From Mustelus asterias (Eukaryota): a DNA stretch of 64,000 nt. Made by a program: the position numbers and the translations under genes. The notes under the pieces are model-generated. The model ran no database searches, was not told the origin of the DNA, and saw only the letters and a program-made list of their open reading frames with translations. The stretch covers positions 59,520,001 through 59,584,000 of the forward strand of contig NC_135804.1 of assembly GCF_964213995.1 (NCBI RefSeq). Reading direction: 5' to 3'. This document shows, in pieces, positions 1-13,812 of this stretch. Each line of letters starts with the position of its first letter. The stretch's first letter is position 1.

Positions 1-665
1 CCTTTACCACCCTCCGAGGCAGTGCATTCCAGGCCGTCACCACCCTCTGGGTAAAAAAGGGCTTTCCTCACATCCCCCCTAAATCTCCTGCCCCTCAACC
101 TGAACGTATGTCCTCTTGTGACTGTCCCTTCAACTAACAGGAGCAGCTGCTCCCTACCCATTCTGTCCATGCCCTTCATTATCCTGTACACCTCAATCAT
201 GTCGCCCCTCAGTCATCTCTGCTCCAACGAAAACAATCCAAGCCTATCCAACCTCCCTTCATAACTTAAATGTTCCATTTCAGGCAGCATCCTGGTGAAT
301 CTCCTCTGCACCCTCTCGAGTGCAATCACAATCTTCCTATAATGTGGTGACAGAACTGCACACAATACTCCAGCTGTGGTCTCACCAAAATTCTATACAA
401 CTCCAACATTACTTTCCTGCTTTTGCAATCTATGCCTCGATTGATAAAGGCAAGTGTACCGTATGCATTTTTCACCACCACCTGCCCTTCCGACTCCAGA
501 GATCTGTGGATAAAGACGCCAAGGTCCCTTCGTTCCACAGAACTTCCTAGCGTCGATCATTCATTGAATGCTTCCTTATCAAATTACTCTTTCGAACGTG
601 TATCCCCTCACACTATTCAGGGTTAAATTCCATCTGCCACTGAGCTGCCTATTTGATAATTCCAT

Positions 666-1481
666 TGTGGTGATATAAACAGGGCCAAGTTTTAAGGCTG
701 ATAAAATTGGATATCCTAAATTAAAGAATTGGCCATATTCAAATCAAACGCAGTCAAACCTCAGGCAGGCCAATTATACAAACACACAAACGTGTCTGGG
801 CCTGACCCATCAACCACCCATCAAAGGTCGTTATACTCTACTTGAGACTTAGCAGGAGATCGTGGCACCTCATTGAAATGCATCGGCCTATTGTTAGAAG
901 TGCAGATCGAACCAGACTTTCTGTCACCAAGAGTTCCTGTAGATACCTTATATGATAACAAGTGGAGATGGACATCTGGGGGGGCGGACCCTGGTGTCCT
1001 GTCAGGCAGACATCAAGAAACCCACTGGGTTTTGGAACCCTATCCTGGGACCTCATTGGCCGGAAGCCAGAGAAGTTTCTGGAAAGGCAAGCAGGCTGGG
1101 GGATAAAGGGACACATTTTCAGACACACTGCAGCGAAGACTCGACAGGGGAGACGGCCGTGACCATTCGGAAGACTGACCTGAGAAGGAAGGCAAGAAGA
1201 AGCGACCATCGAGACTCACCTTCGTGATGACGGACCAGAGGGACTTAGAGAATCGGACCAGCAGTTCAACCAAACCATCTTTACGGGTAGTATACTTGAA
1301 TCTGCTGGGTTATCCTCTTGTTTTATGTGGGTAATTTAAGGATTAATAGTGTTATTATTGATAAACTTGTTGAACCTTTACTTGTGTTTGTCCTTTGTCC
1401 ATCTTGCAAATAAGGGCACCGGGGTAAAACCTTGGAGTAAGTAAACTAGTTGAAAGTATCTGAGAATTAACAGGTACAACA
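666..1481. mobile_element. Solo LTR (816 bp, TGT...ACA, 4-bp TSD CCAT)
   Basis: CCAT(662-665)|TGTGGTG...TACAACA|CCAT(1482-1485); CR1 sequence resumes on both sides. Confidence 0.8.
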
Positions 1482-3447
1482 CCATCTATATCTTCTTATA
1501 GGTAGTTAGCCTTGCTGCTAACCACCTGGCAAATCTTTGTGTCATCTGCAAACTTATTAATGCTTCCCCACGAAGTCATCAATATCATTTCCATAAAGGA
1601 CAGATAATATAGGACCCAACACGGATCCCTGTGGTATGCAAATCGACTATGGCTTCCAGTCACGAAAGCAGCCTTCTGCCATCTCTCTCTCGTACAATAG
1701 TACCAATTCTGAATCCACTTTATCAAATTGTCCTCTTCCCATGTGCATTTACCTTCTTTACAAGTCTCCTACTTGGAACATTATCAAAGGCTTTGCTGAA
1801 AACCATTTTAACTACGTCGACTGCACTACCCACGTACACACACCTGGTGACCGCCTCAAAAAATTCAATCAAATTTGTTCGGCATGATCCCCCCCTGATG
1901 AAGCAACAATGACTATCCAAGTGGGTATAGATTCTCTCCATCAGAATTTTCTCCAAAGGTTTCCCTGCCAATGACGTAAGACTCACTGACCTGTACTTCT
2001 TTGCTTTATCTCAGCAACCCTTCTTAAATAGTGGAACCGCATTGGCTGTTCTCCAGTCATCTGGCAACTCCCCCGTGGCCAGAAAGGAATTGAAAATTTG
2101 GGTCAGAACACCTGCAATCTCCTCCCTTGTTTCCCAGAGCAGCCTAGGGCAAATCCATCGGGACCTGGAGATTCATTCTCTTTTAAGGCTGACAACGCTT
2201 CCAATACCTTGTCCTTCCCTATGTCAATTTGCTCAAGAACCTCACAGTCCCTTTCCCTGAATCCCATACCATCGTCCTCATTGTCTTGGGTGAAAGAGGA
2301 TTCATTCAATCTCTACCAATGTCCTCTGGTGCCACCTACGGATTGCCCTCTTGGTCCCTAATGGGCCCCACTATTTCCCTCGTTAACATCTTCCCATTGA
2401 TATTATTAGAGAATATATTGCGATTTTCTCTTCTTTTTCCAGACTGAAATTTCCCATACCCCCCCCCCATGCTTTCCTATTCGCTTCCTTAAGCTCCAAC
2501 CTGCACTTCCTGTACCTCACTAATGTTTCCACTGAATTGCTCCCCTTCCACTTTATAAGAAGGCTTTCTTTTCCTTCTCATTGTATTGTGAATATCTCTG
2601 GTCATCCATGGTTCTCTTGGCTTGTTATGCCTTCCTGTCACCCTGGAGGGAACATGCAGGACTTGCACCCTCCCCATTTCATGTTTGAATGCCCCCACCC
2701 ACCCCCGCCCCCCGCCCCACCCCACTGCTCTTCTGAAGATTTGTCATTAGTAGCTGTTCCCAGTCTACCTTGGCCAGATCCTGAACTATTTTACTAAAAT
2801 CCGCTCTCCCCAATCTAAAGTCTTTTTTTGCAGCTCGTCTATTTCCTTGTCCATAACAAGTTTGAATTGTACCATGTTGTGACCGCTATCACTAAAATGC
2901 TCCCCCACCATTTCCTCAACTTCTTGTTCGGCTTTATTCCACATAATTGGGTCTAGCATAGATCCTTCCCTTGTTGGACCTTCTACATATTGATCTGCAA
3001 AGTTCTCCTGCACATATTTCAAGTAATCTATTCCATCCAAGCCCTCACCTCTATGCATATTCCATTTATTGTTGGGAAAGTTAAAATCACCTAATATAAT
3101 AACCATATTGATATTGTTTTTACACACATCTGCAACTTGAGCACATATTTTCTGCTCAATATCCCTCTGACTATCTGGGGGTCTATAATAAAGACCTAAC
3201 AATGTGGCTGTCCCTGTTCTATTCTTAAGCTCTACCCATAAAGTTTCATCAGAACCCCTTTCCAAAATTGATTCCCTTCCAAAATTGATTCCTTCATTAA
3301 TAATGCAATGCCTCCTCCTCTTTTATCTCCTCCCCTGTCCTGTCTGAAGATTCTATATCCCAGATGTTGAGTTGCCAATCGTGCCCTTCCTTCAACCATG
3401 TCCCTGTGATGGGCACGATATCACATTATGTATGTGCCACTCAACTC

Positions 3448-3670
3448 AACCGAATCAAACAATTCAAGAACATCTACTTTCCTGCTGCCATCAGACCTTT
3501 GAATGGGGCCTATCTCATATTGAGTTGATCACTAGCCATGACTGTAACACTACATTCTGTACCCTCTCCTTTCCTTCTCTATGTACGGTATGCTTTACTT
3601 GTATAGCATGCAACAAACAATACTTTTCACTGTATACTAATACATATGACAATAATAAATCAAATCAAAA
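3448..3670 (+). mobile_element. Rex1-like LINE 3' end fragment
   Basis: Matches the 55620-55866 3' end including the AATAATAAATCAAATCAAA tail. Confidence 0.7.
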
Positions 3671-4899
3671 TTATCACTTTCAATTCATCCGTTTTACCTG
3701 CAATTCTCCTGGCGTTAAAGTAGAAGCCATCCAGCCTGGCGTTACTCCCTTGAAACTTGATACAGCTGCAATCCCTCTGACTTGATTGTTTTACTCTATG
3801 ATTTGGTGCCCTTATTCTGTGCACCCGCCCCCCGCCCGGCCCCCCTCGCGCCCTTACCCCCACCACATTAATTTAAACTCCGCCCAACAGAACTAGCAAG
3901 AATGTTAGTTCCAGTCTGATTCAGATATAGAACGCCCGCTTGTACAGGTCCCACTTCCCCAGAAATTGTCCCAGTGATCCAGCAGTCTAAAACCCTCCTT
4001 CTGCACCAACTCTTAAGCCACGCATTAATCTGCAGCATCCTACTATTTCTGTGTTCGCTAGAACGTGGCATTCGGATTTCGACCCGAGAGGTCCTGCTTT
4101 TTAATCTAATGCCTAACTCCCTGAATACTTGATGCAAGACCTCACCCCTCTTTCTATCATTGGTACCAATATGTACCATGACCTCTGCCTAATCACCCTC
4201 CCCCTTCACGATACACGGCAGTCATTCAGTAACATCACGGACCCTCGCACTAGGGAGGCCACCTATCATCCTGGAGTCACGTTGATGGACACAGTAGCGC
4301 CTATCTCTCACCCGATTATAGAATCCCCTATTACCATTCCGCTGCTACTCTCCCCTCCCCCTCCTGTACAGATAGGCTGCTTGTGGTCCCGGAAGCTTGG
4401 CTCTGCCAACACCGCCTCGAGGAACCAGCGCCCTCATCAGGCTCCAAAATAGAATACCGATTTGCTAGTAAGACACCAGGGGACTCCTGAACAAACTGCC
4501 TACACCTTCCTTCCTCTAATTCCTTCAGCTGCGGTGCAACCACCTTCCTAAATGTGCTACCCACAATGTTCTAAGACTCGCGGGTGCTCCACGATGTCTC
4601 CAGCGCCCATTCCAGCTCCGAAACCCGAGCTTCAAGGAGCTGCAGCTGCCTCCTTTTCAGCACTCATGCTGGCCCCGGGCACTGTAATTGTGCCCGGCCT
4701 CCCAGATGAAGCAAGAAGATCCAACCACAGCTCCGAGCTCTATCAAATTGCAGAGATTGCTTTGGAAAAGTGCCCTTGCATTGGAAGAAATGAAATGCAA
4801 CCCCATTATTCAAAGAGAGGTGGAAGAGAAAACTTTGAATAAAAAGCAAGTTAACCTGACCTCAGGAATAGGGCAAACCCAAAATCCATTGGAAAGGAC

Positions 4900-5830
4900 A
4901 TTCTAACAGAGCAAGTAGAAACTTAGGCAGAGCTCATTCAGATTTATGAAAGGAAAATGGTGTTTGACGAGTTCATCAGATAGTTGTAGGTTGTAACGAG
5001 TAAGACTAATGAGGGATAATTAATGGCTTTGGTACAGTTGAACATTCAAAAACAAAATAGCCCATATGCGCCAGATGATAAACCATCAAACTGTGCTACC
5101 TTAGAAGGGCGTACTGAATGAACGTGGCTGAAAGATATATCAGCAGAGAGGAAAGAAAACTGAGAAATATATTGCCCATTTTGGGTTGGCAGGCTATAAC
5201 TAACACAACACCATAAGAATCAGCGCTTGCACTTGACGATTTGCAATATATGTGATCAACAGAGATGACTGGGTTCAACGCAATGATCCTTTTTCGGCGG
5301 TACAATGTTCCATGGCGCAGTAAACTGTGAGAAGGACGCAAAAAACATTGCAAAGGAATGTAAGCTGAAGTGAGTGCTGAAGAAAATTGCGGAATAGAAG
5401 CAATGTTTTGATATGTGAAGCTATCCACGTTGCAAGGAACAAAAAACGAAAAGGAGAATATGTTTCAAACGTGAGAGAATCAGAAACGCTCCAATTCCAA
5501 AGGACCTGGGCGTCATTTTGCCCCAATGACCGGATATTAACATTCGCTAGGGGAAAGCAAGAAATATGTTGATCGTTGTTGCGATTGGATTGTAGTATAC
5601 GTGTAAAAGTCCTTTTGTTCCTACTATTTCGCAGCGTCCTGTTCAGACAACATCTTCTATTCCTGGAGTATTGTGTGCAATTTTGTTTTTCTCATCTCCA
5701 TGAATATATCGTTAACTTCGAGGGACTGCAAAGTATGTGTACTGAATTTATTCATGTGACGATGGCATTGTTCTATGAGAGAAACAATAGTAGACTAGGT
5801 CTATGTTATACCTAACTTTGAAGAATAGGA
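4900..5830 (+). mobile_element. Old degraded CR1 fragment (counterpart in unit B at ~36720-37610)
   Basis: Residual RT 3' motifs (LEYCVQF). Confidence 0.55.
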
Positions 5831-6082
5831 GATTTCACATTGAAGTTTGTATAATTAGCAGTGCGACACAAGGGAAAACTCACCAAAGTTTGGAGTCATA
5901 ACTACAACCAGGGAAGATGGATGTTTTTTTTTGGAAGCGAATGATCTCAACCACGCAACAACACTGCAGGACATAGTCATCGTAATATCCTAGACGCAAT
6001 CATTTTCGGCTGCTTCGTCAGATACCTTCCGTCCATCATAGGGTCAGCAATGGGGATGTTCGCTGATAATTTGGGGGACTCT

Positions 6083-6225
6083 GGTATAGTAGAAGTGTCA
6101 TTGGATTTGTAATCCAGAACCCTGGACCAATTCTCTGGAGACATGGGTTTTGATCCCTCCACAGTTGCTGGTGGAATTTGAATTCATAAATGAATCTGGA
6201 ATTGTAAAACTAGCCTTAGTAATGC
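6083..6225 (+). mobile_element. tRNA-derived SINE 5' fragment (non-HE1 shark family)
   Basis: Degenerate A/B boxes followed by GCTGGTGGAATTTGAATTC; same family as 10280-10640. Confidence 0.5.
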
Positions 6226-8157
6226 TGGAGATGGTCCTTACCTGACGCTCAAGTTGTGTTGTCAGTGATCAGTACAAACGATAACGTTGCCCAGCGCCTT
6301 ATATTTCTGGAAACGGGTGTTTCATTAAATGAGGAGCTTTGAGGTAAATGTTCCGCCATCAATAGCGAACACCAAACAACTGATATATAATGGATGGAAG
6401 GTAATCGAAATTTCGGAAGATGGTTTCAGAACATTAACTTGTGGATCTCCTGCAGCGATCCCTGGCGTATGACGATTGAACTACAAAAATCATTGCCAAC
6501 TTTCTTCCAGCTAGATATGATTCCATCCTGTTAAGAGTTTTCGTTCGTGTTCCAATCGACTTTAAAATTACCAGGGGTCTATGATGCCACATTCTGTCAA
6601 GTGCTGTCAAAGTCAGTCACTCTGGAATTCAGCGCTTTTGTCAAGTTTGGACAAAGTCTGCAATGAGACTGAGAGCCGGCTGCTCCCGGCAAGGAAGCCA
6701 AACTGGGCACCAGAACATTGATGAATAACTGTCGCTTAGCCGCACTGTTGATGACAGACTGCGTTACAGTTTCGATGATTTAGTGTAGAATGATAGGATG
6801 CAATTGGGCGGCTAGTATTACTCTCGCGAAGTCAGTTAACGGTTGTGGGAAAAAATGCCGACTGGAAAAAATGATGTGAATGTTTAATGATTTATAACCC
6901 AATGCTGCACAGGCAAGTTCCAAGGACCCTAAACAAAAGTCTGCAAACAAATAGAGCTGCAATTTTGTTGTGAGATGGTATCTTTGAAAATTGGAACGCA
7001 TTCGTCCAAAGTTGCTCTCTTTCTTATTTTAGCCTTGCATGGAGCAATTTAAACGGACGGATAAATGCGTCCGTTTGAAGAGGTGACAAATTGAAAGTAA
7101 TGCCCAAATTTCACTCACTTAATAACTTTTAAATTTAGGACATATTGCCGCAGATCACATTTAAGAATGGGCTTGATTTGAAACTTGGTACTGGCCTGTT
7201 TCTAATCATTTTATGTGGCAGCAATGAACTGAACATCAGATCAAATGTAAACCTAGCCATTTACGAAGTGAGAGTTATGGTTTAAACACTCACGACAGAG
7301 TCAATAAATAATTATCTGGGTACTGTTTCAATCAGCAGCGAAAGCAATTGAAAGCTCTCGTCCAAAGCCCCGTTTATAAAATCAAAGCTACATGTGTTCT
7401 CACCGGCATGGCTGAAAACACGCGTAATAACATCAATTCAAAGACAGTTGAAAAAAATTAGCAGCACGACAACACTGCGTTTAGAAAATTACTGTCTCCT
7501 CCCCACCGCCTATACTACTTTTAATTCTACTGCCCTGTTATCATCTGAAAAAATTAAACGTGGGCAAATAAATCGACCTATGGCAGAAGAAAATTAATGA
7601 ATTTACATTCTTATCCTGAGCCCAGCTATGTTGACCTGCTCAATCGAAAAGACTACTGCCACCAATAGCTGTTTAGATGAGCACATGGAATTCCAAGGCC
7701 AGTCGTGCAAATATACAATTACATAAACGAAACAATTTCTAGAAATCAAAAGCAAGAACAGAAGGGTCAAAGTCATAATCAATTTTCTGAGTTGTTCGTG
7801 GTTACTCGCAATATACTTAAATATATTAGTATCTCTGCCGAGGTGAAAATTTTCCGGTATAAAACTTTACAGTTAAGAAGATCAATAACAAGTACCCAAT
7901 GGAAAATACAGGTGAATATTATAAATTGCCAAACAACAATTATAATTGCAGTGAATAACACTAGACTACAATCTTGTCAAGTATATTAATTAACAGTTGA
8001 ATTAAATACATTCTGGTTCGTAGGAAGATACACACATAGGGACATAGGACACAGGAATAGGCCATTCAATTCTTCGAGCCTGCCGCGCCATTTAATGAGA
8101 TTATGGCTGATCGTCCGTCTCATGGTCATTTTTCGCACGATCCCCATATTCCTTAAC

Positions 8158-8295
8158 ACAAAGGCAAAATACTGCGGACGCTGGAATCTGGAACAAAAGC
8201 AGAAAATGCTGGGGTACCTCAGAAGGCCTGACGACATCTTTGGAGAGAGAATGGAGCTAAGATTTCGAGTCTGGATGACCCTTCGTCAGGGCTCA
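8158..8295 (-). mobile_element. Penelope-related short element carrying a hammerhead motif
   Basis: Minus strand GAGCC-CTGACGA-A-GGGTC-ATCCA-GACTC-GAAA-TCTTAGCTC; inserted in a CR1 3' fragment and absent from the unit B counterpart (~41270). Confidence 0.6.
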
Positions 8296-10279
8296 AATGT
8301 TGCTTCATACCTTCACTGTTTAGAAATCTATTGGTGTCTGTTTTGAGCAGCCTCACTGACCGAGTCCTCCGGGGTAGAGCATTCTCAAGATTTGTAACGC
8401 TCTGAGTGAAGAAATTACTCCTCATCTTAGTCCTAAAATGCCTATCCTTATTCTGAAGCAGCATATTCTGCTCCTATCGGCCGGCATCCACCGTCACGGA
8501 TACTACCCACCCTCACAAGCGAAAATCATCATTAATATTAGTAATTAAGTAAAGAACAGACTGGCATATGGGTAGGATCTATATTTTTACTTATTTCCTT
8601 TTGCACGCAGTATTTCTGAAATTAGACCAAAATAATAAACATGCAGCCAAAGATTCCAGCAATTTCTACACATTTTCATGCAGAAGTGTAATGAGCAACT
8701 GATGAGTAGTGAACTTCCGTTGTGGATTTGCATATCAGCTGGACATCCCAGAGACATTAAAGCGAGTCGCCTGCGACGCAGAATATCTGGAACAATTACA
8801 CTAATATTGTATACACGGAACAAAACTTTTGTAATCTTGCACATCCCGAACAGTTGCCGGAGTGTGGCGACCAGGGAATTTTCACAGTAACTTAATTGCC
8901 GTGTTCATGTAAGCCTACCTGTGACACTAAGAAATAAACTAAAAAAAATTCTTAATATATGAATGCCACTTAATTTAGATATAGTTTGATTCCTTGAGGG
9001 AAACTTCACACTTCCTCATGTTGTTTATATACTGCTCTGCTTTAATTGGTAAACGATTCATTATTGTTTAAAACTGGGTGGATTGGTACACGGAAATAAC
9101 TAGGAATGGTATAGTTGATCCTTGCTCTGCCTTCCTCAACTCTATTCCACGATTGAGCATCTAAATTAAAGTTCTACCCACTTCATAACAGCTCATGAAC
9201 CATTTGTGTCGTTTGCTTTGTGGCACCCACAATATCATACCTCAGTGGAAAGCACCAGCTTGAACAACCTCATGCCAATCTTATTGCGAGCCTAAGGTTG
9301 ACTGACTGTTGAAATATAAAGCAAGTGTTTCAGTATTTGGTCCAAGCTGTGTTTTGTAAAAATACTGGCACAGTCAACTGATCCGACATGGTATTTACCA
9401 CTGACAGGTTGAAAGTGGTAAATTCGATGGTGAGGAACGTTTCAGGAATTGACGTTATGTTTCGTGCTCTGAATGAATGTTCTACAGTTTTCCAATTTGC
9501 GAATATATCTGCAAACTAAACAAAAAGAAAGCAGAAGTTAGCGATTAACCTCTATCAAAATGACAGGTTACAAAATAATTCAGTGGTAGAAATGAATGTG
9601 TAAAGATAAAGATGGGCGGTCTAGAAATGTATTACTCAAAGCCAACTAGCGTAATGTTCTACTGCTTTTATTGGAACGATGTTTCTGATATTTTGATTTG
9701 AATGTTGCAAAATCGGGAAGAGAGCTTGCACAATAAGATGTTGCATTGATCCCATTCATCCTATTGTGGTGATGCGGCAATGTCTCAGAATGTGATTAAA
9801 TCGGTTGTGCCGCGGAGATATATGTGTTTACAATCCTTTCGCTTTAGAGTTCTGGTCAGGAAGCCTCAGTTCTCTTCGTGCCATTGTTAATATTAAGTCA
9901 TCCGGTAAAACTCGCTGCCAAACAGCCGTATACCATAAACCGTGTACTGGTTATGAAGAAATAAGCCGTAAATCCAATGGTATCAGTCGCAAAAAACAAG
10001 AAGCGAATTGGCAGTTGTATGTCCTGGTGCGAGAATGGGCTTTCGCAAGAGAAGCGTGCTCGCGGTCTTGCCATTGAAGTTGTGCCACGAACAGAACACT
10101 AACCTGTTGTTGTCTGAACGAAGAATTGCAAAAACTGTGGTTGTGTCATGTTTGTGCGACTAGCCTCAATCCAACGAACGTTGCTGGAGATCTGAAGTGG
10201 AGAATTTGAAATCAGACTTAAAAATACAACTGGCAGCATGATTTGGAAAAGTATGTTTCAGGCAAACTGTTGGTTTTTT

Positions 10280-10640
10280 TATTGTTTGGATGTGGGTGTC
10301 GCTGGCTAAGCCTTTGCTAATTACTCTTGAACTGCATGGCATGCTAGGTCATTTCTGAGGGCTGTTTAGAGTCAACCATATTGTTGTGGACTTCAGGTCA
10401 CATGTCGCGAAACCGGGTAAAAGCGGCAGATTTCCTTCCCTAAATGCCATTCGTGATCCAGAAGAGTTTTACAACAACTAACAATGAATAGTTTCATGGC
10501 TGGCATTAGAACATTAATTCCAGATTTTCTTTAATCATTTAATTCAAATTGACTTCATCGGCTGCGCTCCAATTCGAACCCTGGTCCTCGGCACATTATC
10601 CTGGGTCTCTGGAATACGAGTGGCAATACCACAGCCCCAA
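10280..10640 (-). mobile_element. tRNA-derived SINE, near full length
   Basis: Minus-strand GGGTTCGAATT B box and ...CCAGCGACACCCACA tail shared with LINE 3' ends at ~39410-39480 and ~51030-51115. Confidence 0.65.
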
Positions 10641-10857
10641 TGTGCTATTCCTGCTTCCCCTATAGTCGAAGCGTTTTGCTAATCATCTTTCCGTTAGAGA
10701 AACATACATGGCCTCTGGACTACATATGACTCCAGTCCTAAACTATTATTGTGTACTCTAATCTGTTCCCTGAAAAGGGGAAGTAACGCAGTGAGTTGTA
10801 ACGAAACGTCAAGGAGAACAGCACGTACCTCAAGACAAAATACTCCTAACATTGTAC

Positions 10858-12826
10858 GAATTCCACCAAATTAGTCAAAAATCACCTGCCCTTTATGAAC
10901 CCATGCTGCGTCTTACCAATGGGACAATTTATATACCGATGTCTCGCTATTTCTTCCTTGATGATAGATTCAAGCATTTTCCCTACTACAGAAGTTAAGC
11001 TAAGTTAACCGGCCTATAGTTAGGGAATTCCACAGATTCACAACCCCTTATGTGAAGAAGTTCCTCCTCAACTCAGTCCTAAATCTGCTTCCCCTTATTT
11101 TGAGGCTATGCCCCCTGGCTCTAGTTTCACCCGCCAGTGGAAACAACTTCCCTGCTTCTATCTTATCTAGTCCCTTCATAATCTTATATGTTTCTATATG
11201 ATCGCCCCTCATTCTTCTGAATTCCAATGAGTATAGCCCCAGTCGAGTCAGTCTTTCCTCGTAAGCCAACCCTCTCAACTCCGGAATCAACCTAGTGAAT
11301 CTCCTCTGCACCCCCTCCAGTGCCAGCATATCCTTTCTCAAGTAAGGAGACCAAAACTGTACACAGCACTCCAGGTGTGGCCTCACCAGCACCTTATACA
11401 GCTGCAACATAATCTCGCTGTTTTGAAACTCCATCCCTCTAACAAATTCCATTTGGCTTCTTAATTGCCTGCTGCACCTGAAAACCAACTCCTTGAGATT
11501 CCTGCACAAGGACACGCAGGTCCCTCTGCACAGCAGCATGTTGCAAGTTTTTACCATTTAAATAATAATCCATTTTGCTGTTATTCCTACCAAACTGGAT
11601 GACCTCACATTTATCAACATTGTACTCCATCTGCCAGTCCCCCGCCTACTCACTTAGATTATTTATATCCCTTTGCAGATTTTCAGCGTCCTCTGCACAC
11701 TTTGTTCTTCCACCCATCTTAGTGTCATCTGCGAATTTTGACATACTACACTTGGTCCCCAAGTCCAAATCATCTATGTAAATCGTAAACAATTGCGGTC
11801 CCAACACTGATCCCCGGGGCACACCACTAGTCACTGATCGCCAACCAGAAAAACACCCATTTACCCCCACCCTTTGCTTCCTGTTAGTGAACCAATCCTC
11901 TATCCATGCTAATACATTACTCGTAACACTGAGCACCTTTATCATATGTAACTGTCTTTGGTGCGGCACCTTGTCAAATGCCTTCTGGCAATCCAGATAC
12001 ACCACATCCACAGGCTTCCCATTGTCCACTGCACATGTAATGTTCTCAAAGAATTCCACCAAATTAGTCAAACATCACCTGCCCTTTATGAACCCATGCT
12101 GCGTCTTACCAATGGGACAATTTATATCCAGATGTCTCGCTATTTCTTCCTTGATGATAGATTCAAGCATTTTCCCTACTACAGAAGATAAGCTAACCGG
12201 CCTATAGTTACCTGCCTTTTGTCTACCTCCTTTTTTAAACAGTGGCGTCACATTTGCCGTTTTGCAATCTGCGGGAACCACCCCAGAGTCCAGCAAATTT
12301 TGGTAAATTACTACTAGTGCATTTGCTATTTCTCCCACCATTTCTTTTAGTACCCTGGGATGCATTCCATCAGGACCAGGAGACTTGTCTACCTTGAGCC
12401 CCATTAACTTGCCCAACACTACCTCCTTCATGATGATGACAGTTTCTCGGTTCTCACCTGCCATAGCCTTCCTGTCATCAATGTTTGGCATCTTACTTGC
12501 ATCTTTCACTGTAAAATCTGACACAAAATACCTGTTCAATGCCTCAGCCTTTTTCTCATTTCCAGTTATTACATCCCCCTTCTCGTCCTGTAAAGGACCA
12601 ATGTGTACTTGAGCCACTCTTTTTCGTTTCATATATTTGTGGAAACTTTTGGATCTGTTTTTATATTCTGAGCTAGTTTACTCTCATAATCCATCTTACC
12701 TTTCTTTATAGCTTTTTTCGTGGCTTTCTGCTGATCCCAATCCTCTAGGTTCCCACTCATCTTTGCCACTTTGTATGCATTTTCTTTCAATTTGATACCC
12801 TCCTTTATTTCCTTCGATATCCATGG
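10858..12826 (-). mobile_element. CR1 LINE RT fragment with a duplicated internal segment
   Basis: Minus ORFs with KSPGPDGMHP, NYRPVSL, GVPRGSVLGP, KFADDTK, RPHLECCVQFW; 10858-11022 duplicates 12051-12210. Confidence 0.88.
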
Positions 12827-13622
12827 AGACAAGAGGTTTAAAGGAACAGCACAAGATCAGAGATATCTGACGTTTGGAGTGGAAATGCGCTACAGCTCAA
12901 CCCTATCCACCGATTAATAAAGGTTAGTCCAGCTGACATGTTGCGAGAAGCACGACTCATAATATCATGCTAGCTTTTTGATTCAGATCTACTAAATCGA
13001 CACAAAGCAGGAACCTACCACAGGCTGAATGTCTGGTCCTTACTTCGTTAAAGTTTCATATCTCTTTGCAATCATCTGAATGTGTCGTTTTCCTTCGCTT
13101 CTGCTCGCAGCTCCATGCGCAGCTATCACTAAACATTTTCATGAACATTCTTCGCTGCTGGACTGAAGCACGTGGATTTGGGCCAAATTTTCAGCTCTGG
13201 TTGAATGAAGCTAAAATTTGCCTCAGCAATTCTGGTCTAGAGAAAGACAGATGAGCGGGATGATTAATCCGAATTGCTATTCCTGAGATTTTTGCGAGAA
13301 TTCTGGATGCGCGGAGGCTGGTGGAGATCTGGATGGCACTTCGCTCAGAGCGCCCAAGGCTATTTATTTGCTCACTTACACTGCCTATCCTCTTGCACGA
13401 AGACAAACCCCTTAGATGAGATGCTGCAGAATTGCCCACTCCTGCGGTCTGAATCGACATTTTGAGGAATGATCAACGGTAGATGTTGACGAAGAAGATT
13501 ATTAGAACATAGTGATACAGGAGCGGATGAAAAAGCATTGCTTTTCGCATGGAAACTTCGAACGCTTAGGAGGAGACCTCCGACTTCCCGGACTCTCACC
13601 ATTACCGATCACAATACACAAC

Positions 13623-13655
13623 TTTAGCCATGTGATATCTCGTGTCATGGTCACA
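13623..13655 (+). promoter_or_regulatory. Conserved proximal promoter motif of gene A (E-box CATGTG + TGGTCACA)
   Basis: ttagccatgtgatatctcgtgtcatggtcaca, ~130 nt 5' of the ATG; conserved in gene B amid diverged flanks. Confidence 0.4.
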
Positions 13656-13757
13656 CATTCCGTTTCTTTGTACATGCAATCAATTTCTTTACCAAATCAT
13701 TCAAGGCATCGTTGTTATTTGCTGCGAGTGGCAAACGTTTATTCTTCATTTTACAGT

Positions 13758-13812
13758 ATGTCGCTGAGAACTGCAGTTCAGTGTATGGTTCTTCTGTGGA
13801 TGGTCTGGACAG
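13758..13812 (+). CDS. Gene A exon 1: leader peptide [18 protein letters not shown](G)
   Basis: ATG at 13758, hydrophobic core, CAG|GTACTG phase-1 donor. Same 55-nt length as the paralogous exon 43778-43832. Confidence 0.8.

Larger units (their letters stand above)
1..4680 (-). mobile_element. Near full-length decayed CR1 LINE (ORF1 esterase, APE, RT), interrupted by a solo LTR and a Rex1-like 3' fragment
   Basis: Minus-strand ORF fragments VHIGTND, GLYYRPP..GDFNFPN, FSKAFD, KFADDTK, RPQLEYCVQF. Confidence 0.85.

Noticed and set aside
9840-10130. Triplicated upstream block as a decayed ZP-C coding relic (NGKT..ARFS on the minus strand)
   Set aside because: Resemblance is weak, needs several frameshifts and is not kept in frame among the three copies.
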